Assembly (NCBI GenBank): GCA_034780895.1
Contig: JAUZTB010000080.1
Location: forward strand, 16,210,511-16,274,510
From: Rhynchobatus australiae
Taxonomy: Eukaryota
Reading direction: 5' to 3'
DNA: 64,000 nt
Shown: positions 37,310 through 50,364 of the stretch, in pieces
Layout of the letters: every line of letters starts with the position of its first letter
Position numbering within the stretch: the first letter of the stretch is position 1
The notes under the pieces: model-generated
Told to the model about the DNA's origin: nothing
The model's input: the letters and a program-made list of their open reading frames with translations, nothing else
Databases searched by the model: none
Translations under genes and position numbers: made by a program

Positions 37310-38060
37310 ATCAACACAGCTAGTAGAATCACTGCCTTGCAGCGCCAGAGACCCAAGTTCAAGCCCAACCTTGGGCGTTACCGTGTGAAGTTCGCATGTT
37401 CTCTCTGTGACTGTGTGGGTTTATCCTGGGTGTTCCGGATTCCACATCCCAAAGGTGTGGAGGTTGTGAAGTAATTGGATACTGAATTGCTCCTACTATA
37501 TAGGCAAATGGTAGAATGAGGGTCCAGTTGATGAGGATGTGGGGAGAATAAAAAATCCAATTGATGTAGGATTAGTGTAAATGGGTTGTCGGGACTTGGA
37601 GGTGCAAAATGCCTGCTTCCATTAAATGGATGGTCCATTATTCTGAAACAGTGGTCAATAGTTCTAGATTCCCCTCAGCTCCTGTCCTGTCAATCCCCCT
37701 CTGAAATTCTCATTTCAATAAGCCTGCCCTCATTCTTCTAATGAATGTGTGACACAGTCCAGGCAGCACAGTGGCACACTGGTAGATCCACGGCCTCTCA
37801 GCTCCAGCAACCCAGCTTCAAACCTAATCTCCAGTGATGTCTGTGTGGAGTTTTCACATTGCCCCGTGACTGCATGGGTTTCTGCTACATCACAAATGTA
37901 TGTTAACTGGCCACTAAAAATTACCCCTATTGTGTAGGTGAGTACTAGAATCTGAGGAAGTTAATGGGAATATGGGAGAATAGTTACAGGGAAAATTAGC
38001 GGGAGAATGATTGCTCTGTGAGCGGACATAGACTCAGAACGATGAATGGCTCTTATATCA
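37310..38060 (+). mobile_element. Two degenerate V-SINE copies (~37310-37620, ~37760-38060)
   Basis: V-domain motifs gtgtgaagttcgcatgttctc and tgtctgtgtggagttttcacattgccccgtgactgcatgggttt. Confidence 0.7.
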
Positions 38061-40639
38061 TAGGAAATATGAAAACTGGCTCAACCTTTCCTCTTAAGAT
38101 AACCCCTGCCCTCTTCACTACTGGTTTTCACATCTTTGTAGCATCAGCGAATTTGGCTACAATGTACTCAGTCCCTTCATCAAAGTCATTAATGTAAATT
38201 GTAAACTGTTGAGGCCCAGCACAGTTCCCTGTAACACCCGCTTGCTGACAAGAAATGACCCATTTGTCTCAACTGTTTTCTGTTTGTTTGCCAGCTCTTC
38301 ATTTATGCCAATGCCAGGAGTTTTTAATTTGTAGATTAATCTTTAATGCAGCACCCGAGAATGCCTTCTGGAAATCCAAAAACATGGACCTTTTTGCATT
38401 CTGCTCGTTACAGCCTCAAAGAATGCTAGCAGTTTTGTCAAACATGCTTCCCCTTTCAGATAGCCATGTTGATTCTGCTTGATGGTATAATGATTTTCCA
38501 ACTATCCTGATATTATTTCTTTAATAATAAATCCTAGTGATATATGCCAGGCTAACAGGCCTACACCTTCTGTCGCACCCTGAAATCCCAACCACTATTC
38601 ACAACATCATTAAATGGCCACAGGTGGAACCAATTTCTATNNNNNNNNNNNNNNNNNNNNNNNNNNNNNNNNNNNNNNNNNNNNNNNNNNNNNNNNNNNN
38701 NNNNNNNNNNNNNNNNNNNNNNNNNNNNNNNNNNNNNNNNNNNNNNNNNNNNNNNNNNNNNNNNNNNNNNNNNNNNNNNNNNNNNNNNNNNNNNNNNNNN
38801 NNNNNNNNNNNNNNNNNNNNNNNNNNNNNNNNNNNNNNNNNTGTCTTGGCTTGAAAATGGTGATCTGAGTCAAGGTCAGTGCCAAATCCTGGTACAACCA
38901 AACATCCAAATACATTGTCCAAAGAAGGCCTTGATGAACTTACATAAACACAAAATCTTCCATGATGTCAAGGCTTCCCCAAGGTGGTTTACAATCACTG
39001 AAGCTTTTTCGATGTGTAATTATTGTTACAACAAAGTTAATTAGCTTACACAAAAAGAAAACCAATACAGCAATAAGATGAATGACCAGATCACCTGGTT
39101 TATTTCAAATGAGGCTGGTTAAAAAGTAAATATTAGTTTAAACACCAGGGAGAACTTTGCTGTTGTTCTTTGAATGGCACCATGGAATTCTTTGTATCTA
39201 CTGAGAAGCAGAAAGCACTTGCAGTTTATCTCCTGCTTTCTAGAAACTATGATGCTTGGTCCTGCACTTCTCCCAGTGCAGCACACCTTCATGCCTAACC
39301 TTCTCCCACTGGTCCAGCACCCTCTCAACCTCAGTTCCAACCTGTCCTCACAGTGTAGCACTCCCTCTGCCCCGCTGGGAGTTACAATGTTGTTCAGCTG
39401 CCAATAAAACCAAATACCATGACCATCCACTTCTAGTGAGTGGGTGTGCAGAGCACAAGGTACACCATGAACAAGCTGATCTAAGCTTGTTACCACTGGA
39501 GACTAGGGTTGGGGCACATAATGAGGCAATGTCCGCTAACAAACACAGACATGCCATGATTAGGTCCAGCCTAAAACCAAGGTCGTTGGTTCACCACAGT
39601 CCACCCACAGAAACCATCAAAACTTGGTTTCAATCATTCATCCTCCCAATCAATCCCAATAACCCAACCACCCTTGGTTGTGGACCCCTGCATCAATCCC
39701 AATAACCCAACCAGTGCCCTTGGTTGTAGTTGGCACTGGCTAGGTAAATGGCTTCATTTCCACCATTTACCAAATTTACAACCAGCTTTGCTCACGGAAA
39801 GTCAAATCCCAGCTTAACCTATACTAGTTAGCTATCAGTTCCCAATGGCAGATGGGAGCAAAGAAAACCATCAGCTGTAGCTAAGTGGGTCACTCCTACC
39901 TCAAGTATGCTGTGGGTTTAAGTCATAGTCCATAGACTTTATTACAAACATCATACTGTGTACTGAGGGATCGCTGTACCACAAAGAAATTATGAAGTTA
40001 GTTCAAAGACGATCAAAGGAGTTCTCCATGTCCCAATCAAATTACCAGTCTGATTACTTGATCATTACTTTATTCACTTGTATGCAAATTGATATTTATA
40101 CTACCACAATGACGACAGAAATTCCATGGCTTCCTCTACATAAACTGGGTTATCAAAAAAAGTTTATGGAAATCAATAACTTCATCCGTCTGGCAAATAT
40201 TCTCCAGAGTAATTGTTTTCTCACTTTTTCACTGATGAAGGTTCACGAAACTGAAGCATGAACTCTGTGTCTCTCTCCACAGATACTGCCCGATCTGTTG
40301 AGTATTTTCAGCACTTTGTTTCTATTTCAGATCCCAGCACGTGAAATTCTTTTCTTGCTTTTCCTTGCTCTCCAGGATATGATTTGTATGCATCTGAAAT
40401 TTTGAATGGAGTGAAGAGACAATGCACATGTGCCCCAATGCTGTTCAAGTTGTTCTTTATATACACCCATAACCATGTCGTAAGACACTTGGATCAAGGG
40501 AAATAAATCTGTTCTTATTTAAATGGCTCTTTGAATACCCAAAGTCAAGACCAAAACTGGAGAGAGTTCTTGTGCAGTCACTCAGCAGCCCACATGATCC
40601 CAATGGTCCTCAGACAATGATCTTCAAGTCACTTTTGAA

Positions 40640-41410
40640 GATTTTCTGAAGCATCCCAGCTCTTTTCCAACATATCATTCTCCACAACTTCTGCCACCTT
40701 CAACGGGATCCCACCACCATCTTGGTGAGATCCGAAACAGATTGGGGGGATCCCTTCGTCAAGCACCTTCGCTCCATCTGCTGCACTAGCCGGGATCTCC
40801 TGGTGGCCAGCCATTTTAATTCCACTTCCCATTCTCACACCAACATGTCTGTCCACAGCCTCCTCCACTGCCAAGTGAAGGCGAGATGCAGATTAGAGGA
40901 ACAACACCTTATATTCCACTTTGGTAGTCTCCAATCTGACGGCATGAACATCAAATTCCCTAACTTCCAGTAACCCTCCTCTCTGTCCCTTTTTTTTCAA
41001 AAACTTCCTGATCCTACTGGCCCCCATCACTCTCTCTCATTCTCCTCCCCTGCCCTCTCGATCTGCCCATCATCCGCACATTTTCCCCCCCAAAGGTTCC
41101 TCTCCCCACCTCAGTCCATGCTCCACTGTCCTATCAGATTCCATCTTCTTCAGACCTTTGTCACTTCCACCTATCGGCTCTCAGCTTCTCACATTATTCC
41201 CACTCTCCTCCCTCATCTTCCTATCCCCCTCACCTGGATCCATATCACCCACCAGCTCTTGCTCCACCCCTTCCCCCCCCCGGTATATACTATCTCCCCT
41301 CTTCCTGTCCAGTCCTCATGACGGGTCTTGACCCGCAACGCCAACTGTCCCGTTCCCTCCCTGGATGCTGCCTGACTTGCTGAGTTCCTCCAGCTTCTTT
41401 GTGCGTTGCT
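40640..41410 (+). mobile_element. Penelope-like 3' relic (GIY-YIG C-terminus plus pLTR)
   Basis: LVASHFNSTSHSHTNMSV..ARCRLEEQHLIFHFGSLQSDGMNIKF, then a mutated hammerhead cagtc-ctcatga-cgggtcttgaccc-gcaa-cgcc-aactg. Confidence 0.85.
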
Positions 41411-42804
41411 TCAGTCTTTTACCTTTTCAATCTCGGCAAGAATTATTGCTACAACCTGTGCCTCATTCTGATATCCCTATGCCTTACTTGCCAATAATAA
41501 TTGAATAATGTGGATCAGTACAGTACCATTTCCACTGAGTTCCCTGGGCTAAATCCTCAACCTACTGAGCATGTGCCATCTCTATATTGAGCTCAACAAT
41601 GTAGTGGTCATAACACCTTTATGGTTTTGGTACCATCTTTTCACCATAAGTTAAATAGCTTGGGCACTTTAGCACGTGCTGCTTAAAAATGAGCACTTGG
41701 GTGGATTAGACAACCAGATCTCATAATGGAAAAGATGGCAGGGCAGCAAAATGGTTATCTGTACAAATGCTTCAAAAACAATCTGAAGAGAATTTCCAAC
41801 AGAGCAGCATTAATCTCAAGGCTACATACAAATAAATCATGACAGAATTAACCGGCAGCCCTTGACAAGACTAGCATGCAACAACTGAGCAAGATCCACA
41901 AAATCATTTGCAGGCTGCACACAAAACACATTACGGCATCAATCATCACTGTCATTAATTCCCATCTCCACAGCCCACCTTGTGCATCAGTGGTTGGACT
42001 TCACAGCCATTCCTCGCCATAGATAAGATATGCAAAAACATCAGCTGTATTGGACTACCAAGACTATGACATCAATAGTACAACACTGGCTGTAAGGGGC
42101 TTTTCAACATACCAGGATTGTTAAAGGCTCTATCCAAAGCTACTTTGCTGTTTAATTCAAATATAACCATCCTGTAGGACATGTTTGATCAGCAACTTCT
42201 CCCACCTATCTCAAATTACCAAACTTAACACGTTGACACCCTGCCAAGTCCTCCTCCTCTAACATTTACATCAGATGAACTTACAGCAAAAAGAGCTGAA
42301 CTCCGATGGTGAGATGAGAATAATTCCCTTGAAATCAAGGCAAAGTTGAGATTGTGATCTTGAGGAGCCTGGCCAACGGGACACATGAAGAAAACTCACA
42401 CTGTCTAGAGTTGTATATTTCTCAAAAAAAATATAATAATGATTGTTGGAGATCAACCATTTGACCCCAGAACATAACGGTAGGAACTCCTCAAGGCAGT
42501 GTTCTAGGCCCAAGCATCTTCAGCCACTTCATTGAGACCATCCTTCATTACGATGTCAGAAGTGGGACATCTATGGATGATCACACGTTTAATTCCATTT
42601 ACAACTTCTCAGTAAATAAAGCAAACTTTGTGTGGATGCAGGAAGACCCAGAGAGCATTCAGTCACAGGTTGATAAATGGCAAGTTATAGTCACAGCAGG
42701 TTAACAAACATCTCCAACAACATAAAGTCTAAGTATGCAGCTTGAATATTCAATGACATTGTCATCACTAATTCCACATCAGTAACACCCTGGGGGTCAA
42801 TGCA

Positions 42805-44110
42805 GAGTTCAAGAAAGGAGACAAACTTGACTGTGGCAATTAAAATGCATCTACTTGCTATCTGCCACAGGGAAAATCCTTGCCGAGGTTCTCCTCAGCC
42901 ACCACCCTTCAGTGGCCTACTGCAAATGCCCAAATTGCAGTATTGATTCAGTGATGAAAGAGAGAGTGAATGTGATCTTCACCGCTCCAAAGGAAATGCA
43001 GGGAACACCATCAAACACTACAAACGACCTTTGCCGATCTCACTAAAGTCTTTGACGCTGTCAATTGTAATGGGCTGTGGAGCATCTTTCCCAAATTTGG
43101 CTGAAGTAAACAAGAATCATTGTTGCCAGGTAGACCATGAGTTTGAGATCACTATCTTCAAGCACCTTTTTTCTCAGATATCTAAAGGCTGCTTCTATGC
43201 ATGATCCTAACCAATTGGTCCACAACAGATCCAATCTCAGTGCAGAACTGTTTCAACTAAGAGTGCAACATCATTGTGACATGTTTTTCAAACTTTCTTG
43301 CCATAATGCTGCACCTCATCTCCAAAAGAAAAATGGAGCTAATCTTCAGGACTAATGGGAATGATGCCTCAAATCCAGAAGCAAGATCACCCAATTTCAA
43401 TTGAGTTGCCTTTTGCAGGATGGTGTGTGCATGTACTCAGAGGCCAAGCTCGAAATCATTGTTAACTTGATCAGTGAAGTGTACAAGGATGGGTTTTGCA
43501 TTTAACATCTGCAAAACAAATGTTCTTCAGCCTCCCTCCACTGTACACATGGACCAGTTCTCATATCTCAGGAGCCACAACTCAGCACCAATGATGAAAT
43601 TCACCTTCTCCTTCAGTGCACCAACACAGCTTTTGGTCACTTGAGGAACAGGGTGTTTGAAGACAATGATCTCTAGCTCTGAACAACATCCCACCAGGCA
43701 GCAACAATCCTTACCATCCAGTATATCTCCAAGAATTGGATGACCTACAGTGCAATCTCACAGGAGAAATACAGCCAAGATCGTCTCACAAAATCCTCCA
43801 AATCCACAGGCAGGATAAGTGAACTAATGTTGGTCACCTCCCCCAGGCCACCATTTCCAGCACTATGGTCCTAGTCACATTCAGTTGGCTCCATGGTTGA
43901 CATCAGACTCACAAATATGATGAATAGAGATCCAGAAGCAAGATCACCCAATTTCATGATGAATAGAGATCACCAGGTGGACAGAAGAGTAGATTCATGG
44001 ATGCTCTTGAAGCTTCCTTGAAAAAAATGTAACAACCCCACTAATTCCTGGGAATCTCTTACCCGTGGCACTCAAAGCGGAGAAAGAACATTCAGGATGG
44101 CACCAAGGAT
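42805..44110 (+). mobile_element. Decayed RTE-clade LINE
   Basis: KKGDKLDCGN..LLSATGKILAEVLL, DLTKVFDAVN, YLRS, AFGHLRNRVF. Heavily frameshifted. Confidence 0.7.
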
Positions 44111-44469
44111 CTTCAATCTATTTGAGAGAAGCACAATCTGCTGCAAAATCTGCAAGTCCCCCATTTACTGTGATAGGGCTACAGAACTATAGTGAAAACA
44201 AGCTAACCATAATAGCAAGGGACCTAATCAAGGAGGAAACTATTAACAGCAAATTTAACTGGATTAGTCATATAAATATTATGGCTATAAGAAACAGTCA
44301 GAGGCTTGACATCCTACAGCAAGTTCTCAGCTCCCAACTCCCCAAATCTCTTCCAACATCTATAAGGCAAAGGTCAGAAAGTACAAAGAAAACTTCCCAC
44401 TTGTCTCAATGAGCAACACCAATAACACAAGTTCAATACCATTCAGGAAAAAAAACAAGCAATATCTTT

Positions 44470-44765
44470 TCCCCATTACTTAGCAATCCAATACCAGAGG
44501 ACATGCATTTAAGGTGAGAGGGGGTAGGTTCAGAAGAGACGTGAGGGGTAAGTTTTTTTAGTTAGAGAGTGGTGGATGCCTAGAATGCATTGCCTGATAA
44601 GGTGATGGAGGCAAATTCATTGTGGGCTTTTAGAGTGGCTTGCATGGGCACATGAATGAGAGGAAAATGGAGGGATATGGGCATCCTGTAGTTAGGAGGG
44701 AATAGCTATGTCGGCACAACATTTTGGGCCGAAGGGCCTGTTTTGTGCTGCACTGTTCTATGTAT
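44470..44765 (+). mobile_element. Younger CR1 3' end inserted in a CR1/L2-group relic
   Basis: agaggacatgcatttaaggtgagaggg..gagagtggtggatgcc..gggccgaagggcctgttttgtgctg. The host LINE continues on both sides. Confidence 0.8.
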
Positions 44766-45851
44766 ATTAAAGCTGCAGTGTGCATCATTTACAAAATACA
44801 CTATAGTGGCTCTTTACAACAATGACACCTTCCAAAGTTGCAACCTTTACTACCAAAGAACCAGAGAACAAACACTACCACCTGAAATTCTCCTTGCCTG
44901 CTGCTTCCTTCCCCCAGCCCCCCAAAGTCACATACCGACTTGGAAGAGTGTTCTTATTCCCTCATCATCACTGAGTCTAAATCCAATGGTTCCCTCCCCA
45001 ACCTCACCAAATGAATATGACAGTGGCAGCTCACCATCACCTTCTCAACAATGCCAACATCCCAAGAATGGGAAAAAAAAAGTCCATGAATTGATTTTCA
45101 CAAATCTATAAACAACTCTATAAATTAAGAGAATGCCTGTTTATTATTTAAAATTCCCACATGCACATTAGCAGGAGCTCCCTGCGTGAGTTTCTAATAC
45201 TGTAGCTAAAATCTGCTTAGTGGTGAAACAGTAACAACAAAGACAGGAGGGTGTTATTAGCGTGACATGGTTACATGGCCAGATTCCACCCCGTGCGAAG
45301 TGTGCAATGACATCATTGTCAGCCAAAGAATTGGTTGTAGACTGGAACTTGCAGCAGGACTCACTCAGTGTAATTCAAAGTAGATTACAATCTATTTTAT
45401 TCAACAATCATTACCCAAATACATTGGGGCAAACAATCTACAGAGTCTATTTAAAGAAGGGGAGAGATACATACAATATCATCTCCCAACAAAAGCACTT
45501 ATTTTTCCAATAGTGGGAAAAATAATTTTACAGTAAGTGCAAAATAATTCCTAGTCACTTTGTTCTGTAGGCTTGATTGACAGGAGAATTACCAACAGTG
45601 GTGTCACAGTATGTAGCCTAAATGCAGCAGAGGAATTAACAATGAGAATTTAAAAACAACAGCATGTAATTTTAAATTGGAGAATGAATAGCCCTGGTCA
45701 TATCCATACCATCCCAGTTCTTAAAACTATAAATCATGATTTTACCTCTCTNNNNNNNNNNNNNNNNNNNNNNNNNNNNNNNNNNNNNNNNNNNNNNNNN
45801 NNNNNNNNNNNNNNNNNNNNNNNNNNNNNNNNNNNNNNNNNNNNNNNNNNN

Positions 45852-45953
45852 GAGGGAGACACAGTTACTTTTTCTTTTGAGATGAGGAGTGGGCGAGAGC
45901 ACAACACACCTGATAAAGCCATGTGGGGATTTGCTTGTACTGTTCGAGCCCAG
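45852..45953 (+). pseudogene. HECTD4: HECTD4-like exon fragment 1 (EGDTVTFSFEMRSGREHNTPDKAMWGFACTVRAQ)
   Basis: Open 34-codon stretch ending CAG|gtaagg, near-identical to the recalled human HECTD4 peptide. The 5' end is lost in the gap at 45752-45851. Confidence 0.8.
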
Positions 45954-46089
45954 GTAAGGTACATAGTTTGTTTCTGTTTAATTGTCATATATTTAAATAA
46001 GAGTAATCTCTGATTGTTACAAATTCCTTCCATCACATTTTGATTAGCTTTTGAAACTTCTGCATGCTTTGATTATTTGGTTGTTGCAG

Positions 46090-46253
46090 GAATCCTCAGA
46101 GGATGTTTCAGGAGGACTTCCCTTCCTTGCTGATCTTGCATTGGGACTCTCTGTATTGGCTTGCTCCATGCTACGAATTCTTTATAATGGACCTGAAACA
46201 ACAAAAGAGGAGGAAGCATGTCAACAGCTGCTCAGATCAAAGTTGCTACAGAG
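46090..46253 (+). pseudogene. HECTD4: HECTD4-like exon 2 (ESSEDVSGGLPFLADLALGLSVLACSMLRILYNGPETTKEEEACQQLLRSKLLQ-R)
   Basis: Acceptor ttgcag, 164 nt open, in phase with the previous exon. It ends at AG|gcaagc, a GC donor. Confidence 0.8.
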
Positions 46254-48108
46254 GCAAGCTATTATTATTTGCTCACTTGACAAATTTGTCCATCCTTCAT
46301 GGTTGAAGGGTGGCAAATTACTGTTTCTCTTTGATTTTTTTTTGTTTTAGCTAGTGAGCTGTTCAAATGAATAGATCTCTGTACCGAAGATGAACTTGCA
46401 TAAATTAGTACCCTTTTAAAATTTAGTGAATATCAAGCACTGTTTAATAATATATAATATTCTGTACTTGAATCATTTTATGATACTAGATTTCTTGGTA
46501 AATTGAAGTAAACACTCTTAATTCCTGTAAATGAATTCCTCTAGTTTTGTTTGTCCAAGTTTATATCAAAGATTAAATGTTATTGATCAGAAAATGAGAT
46601 AGCCTTTTAGCATGCTGAGAACTGAAAGCTTACTTTAGTTAAATGATAAAGGGGCTCTAATGAAAAATGAGCTTTCTTGAGATATGATCCAATACACTAA
46701 ATCTCTCTCAATTTTGTACTGAATTGAGGTTCTTGCCAAAACATGAAGTTTTGTTACTATAATAGTATATCTTTTAACTTAATGATGTCCATCTTGTCAG
46801 ATTCACTGTATATTTTTAAGATTTTTAGCATTGACAGTTTTTTGCATTATGTAATTAAATCCATTATAGGAATAGCAATAACTCTGAAATGGTTGCATAG
46901 CTTAAAACAGGCAATCCCAATGGAATATGCTATTACTGGAAATGAGATCCACTAGTCATCATTCATTACTAAGGAAGGGAAGTAATTTGATTTGAATTTT
47001 AAATTGTATTTTGAAGGAAGTACGTTTTTCACAGTTGAACTCCTCCAAAGCACTTGATAGAGTTTGGGAAATTGCTCACTTTTTTGTTACTGGAGAGTAG
47101 TGAATCCAAATACTGAGCAGCGCTCACCTGCCCAGATACAATATGAAAACAATAAATGCAGGATTTTTTCATTATTTATTTATTACATGACATTAGGGTT
47201 TTTCTAATTTTCGGAGGACTGAATCTGACTTGCAGCTTTTTTTCTGGGATTCCATTCGCCACATTTGTTTGGGAGGTTTGGAGTTGTTGTTTGCTGTGTA
47301 TTTGTCAACCTTAACTGGGTTTATTGTTCACTTGAGCACCCATCCTCCAACGTGCATATGTTTAATATTCGGTCAAAGGAAGTGTGGACAAAGAAGCATG
47401 AAAAGATGCATTTTGGAAAAGAATGCAAAGAAATTGTACAGATCAAGAGGCAAAACAAAACTGAGCATGTACAGAGGGCCCTGGGTGTTTGTGTACATAA
47501 ATCTTTGAAAGCAGCAGAGCATGTTGAGAAAGTTGATGAGAAGATGCAAAAGAGATTTACTGGAAAGGTCCAGGGCTTGAGGGTATTTCAGCCATGAGGT
47601 TAAGCTGGAAAAATTGGTGGCGGTCTCCTTGGAACGTAGAAGATTGAGATGAGATTGGATAGCAGTGTAGATTGTTATGATGGATTTAGATGGGGAAAAT
47701 ACAGAAGTTATTCTTGTTTGTGAATGGTTTGAGGAGCAGGGGACACAGATCTAAAGACACAACCCATGGATTCAAGGGAAACGTCATTATGGTGAAAATG
47801 GTAATTTGAGGCCTTCAAAAGAAAATTGATCAGGTTGATAGGAAAGTATTTGTTATAGCTTCAGGAAGAGCCTTCAGAGAAAGTGAGGGAATGGGATGGC
47901 TTGGACTTGATGGGTTAAACAATTTATTTCTATAATTCATGGGTATTGTCATGTACATTAGAAATCAGGAAATATTAACTGATTACTGAAAATTGTAACC
48001 ATTCAAAACCATTATTGACTTGGATTGATGAATATGCAAATTTACAAGTAATATCATGTAGTTTCTGTGCTAAAAGTAAATTTTGGAAATCTTTTCATTT
48101 TCTGACAG

Positions 48109-48133
48109 ATGCCAGTGGCAGGTGGAAGCAAAT
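48109..48133 (+). pseudogene. HECTD4: HECTD4-like exon 3, truncated (R-CQWQVEAN)
   Basis: Acceptor ttttcattttctgacag in phase 2 completes the Arg codon. The peptide CQWQVEAN matches recalled HECTD4, and similarity then stops abruptly. Confidence 0.75.
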
Positions 48134-49974
48134 CATGGGAAACACCTGCCCAGAGAGGTAAGTGGGCAAAGACCATGCAGAGTGGAGGAAAGCAAAGTGA
48201 GCAAGTTACACATGATAGGGAAAGAGTAGATCCTATCTAGAGATAAATTCCATTCTCTTACCTTCCTAGATAATCTTTTCCAACAACAATCTCATTTCAT
48301 TTCTTGAAGCTCCATTTGACCTCCAGCATCCTTTTGATAAAGGTTTCAGATCTCCATTACCCTTCAACTGATTTCAATTCATTATAATTTTAAAACTCTG
48401 CCCTACTCTAGTCCAACAAATCTTTCTATGTTAAATATTTCAAACCACTTGCTTATTCTGCCATAATCTGGGAAATACCTTAAGCTATGTCAACTGCCCT
48501 CAACTTTTTAGTAAAACTGCACTGCACAGCCTCCAGAACCAGTATATCCTTCCTAAGCTGCAGAGCCCAGAACTGAACCCAGCAGTTTGATGAGGCTGAA
48601 CTAAGCTTTATCCAACTACAACATAACTTCCTCCGTTCTGCCTTCCAATCCCCTGAGATTAAGGTCAATTTTTCATTAACCTTTTTAAACTGGTTTTTGT
48701 ACGTCTAGACTTTGAATTCTGCATTTGGATCTTTTAATCTCTGCTTTCCACAGTTCCCAGTTTCTCATGATGTTTAAAATATTCCAATATTCCATCTTCC
48801 CAAAGTGCTGACCTCCCATGTGCCTGGAAGGAACTTCATTTGCCACAAATTTACTCACACTTATCAATGAAGTCCGGAGTATCATTCGAACTACCAAGCA
48901 CAGCTGATGCACCAACCAAGCCCAGAGCACAGTTCTGTCTGGCCTACCAATCAGCAGCAAACAACCCATGCCTCCTCCCATACCCACACTGAAATGCAGC
49001 ACTTGGAGGGGCGAGGTTCCAATGTGATTGTTGGTTGGCAATGAACTTTATGACACACCAGGCCCTAATCAGCGAGTCCCTGCAGGGCTTTGACAGCTGG
49101 TAAAGTCACACACACCCCCAGGCAAAACCAGCTGGCTGAAATCTTTGAGTATCTCTGAATGATGCTTACAGTCACATTAAAATAATTTAAAAATTAAAAT
49201 TAATCAAAATTAAAAACTTAATTTTTGAAAAACAAAAATAGAATAGTAGAAAACACAAAGTATACTTGTTAACCCAAACCATTCAAAAATCGAAAAATGA
49301 CCTGAAACTTGCCTCTCTCATGAAGAGGCATAACTGCCCATTGAAATTCAATGGCTAACCCAGCATCTGTTCAGTGTTCAGACTTCCCAAAGTAGATGCT
49401 TCCTACTGGACTCCACAACATTCAGTCATCAGAAGAACAGCAGTCAGGTCTTCTCAGGAGGTAACAGCCATTCCTGTTCAGGCAAACGGCACTTAAGTGC
49501 TTTGGATTGTCAATATATCCTTCCCCAGGAAAGGTGGTGCACCACTGCTTTACATCCAAGGAAGGATGTACATCTCCCGGAGGTAGTGGAAAGGCAGCTT
49601 ACAATATTGATCATTGGATTAAAAGGTTGAGGTATGGGAGATTGAGATTTAACTTGTGCTTCCAGATCTGTGTTTCTGGATACTAATAGAGCATCTTAAC
49701 CAACGTGGTATCAAACCACACCAGAGACAGCTGAATATGCATTTAACCTTCATGAAACTAGGTGGCTTCAGCAGACTCTTCCAGTGCCTGAACTGCTGCT
49801 CGACTTAGCTACCCTCATGACATTTAAGAAGCACCTAGACAAAGACTTGAATTGCCAAGAAAAAGACAGCTAGGTACCGAATGCAGTAAATGGTGCTGAA
49901 GAAGTTTGGAATGTCCATGGAGGGGAGGCTGGTTTCTGTGATGTGGTGAGCTATGCCCACAACTCTTACGTTTC

Positions 49975-50300
49975 TTGCAGTCATGGGCAGAGGTACAAAA
50001 GCGTGAAAGCTCGTACCACCAGGCTCAAGGGTAGCTTCTGTTATAAGACTTTTGAATGGTTCTCTAGTACAATAAAATGGCCTCACAATCTACTTCATAA
50101 TGGCCTTCCACCTTATTGTCTACTTGCATAGCACTTTCTCTCTAACTGTAACACTTTATTCTGCGTTCTGTTATTGTTTTACCTTGTACTACTTCAATGC
50201 ATTACCACAATGAAATGATCTGTATTGATGGCATGCAAAACAAAATTTTACACTGTACCTCAGAGCATGTGAAAATAATAAACTGATTTACCAATTTAAT
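49975..50300 (+). mobile_element. Rex1/Babar-like LINE 3' end
   Basis: GQRYKSVKARTTRLKGSF resembles the Rex1-type C-terminal motif SGRRYRS..RTTRLKNSF, followed by a tail shared with 3412-3552. Confidence 0.6.
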
Positions 50301-50364
50301 ATAGTTAAGTACAATGGTATGCATGGATATTGTGTGTCACTGAGCTTGTTTCTGCACTGTACAA

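Noticed and set aside
39648-39730. Short local duplication caatcccaataacccaacca..cccttggttgt
   Set aside because: An ordinary slippage-type tandem duplication with no sign of function.
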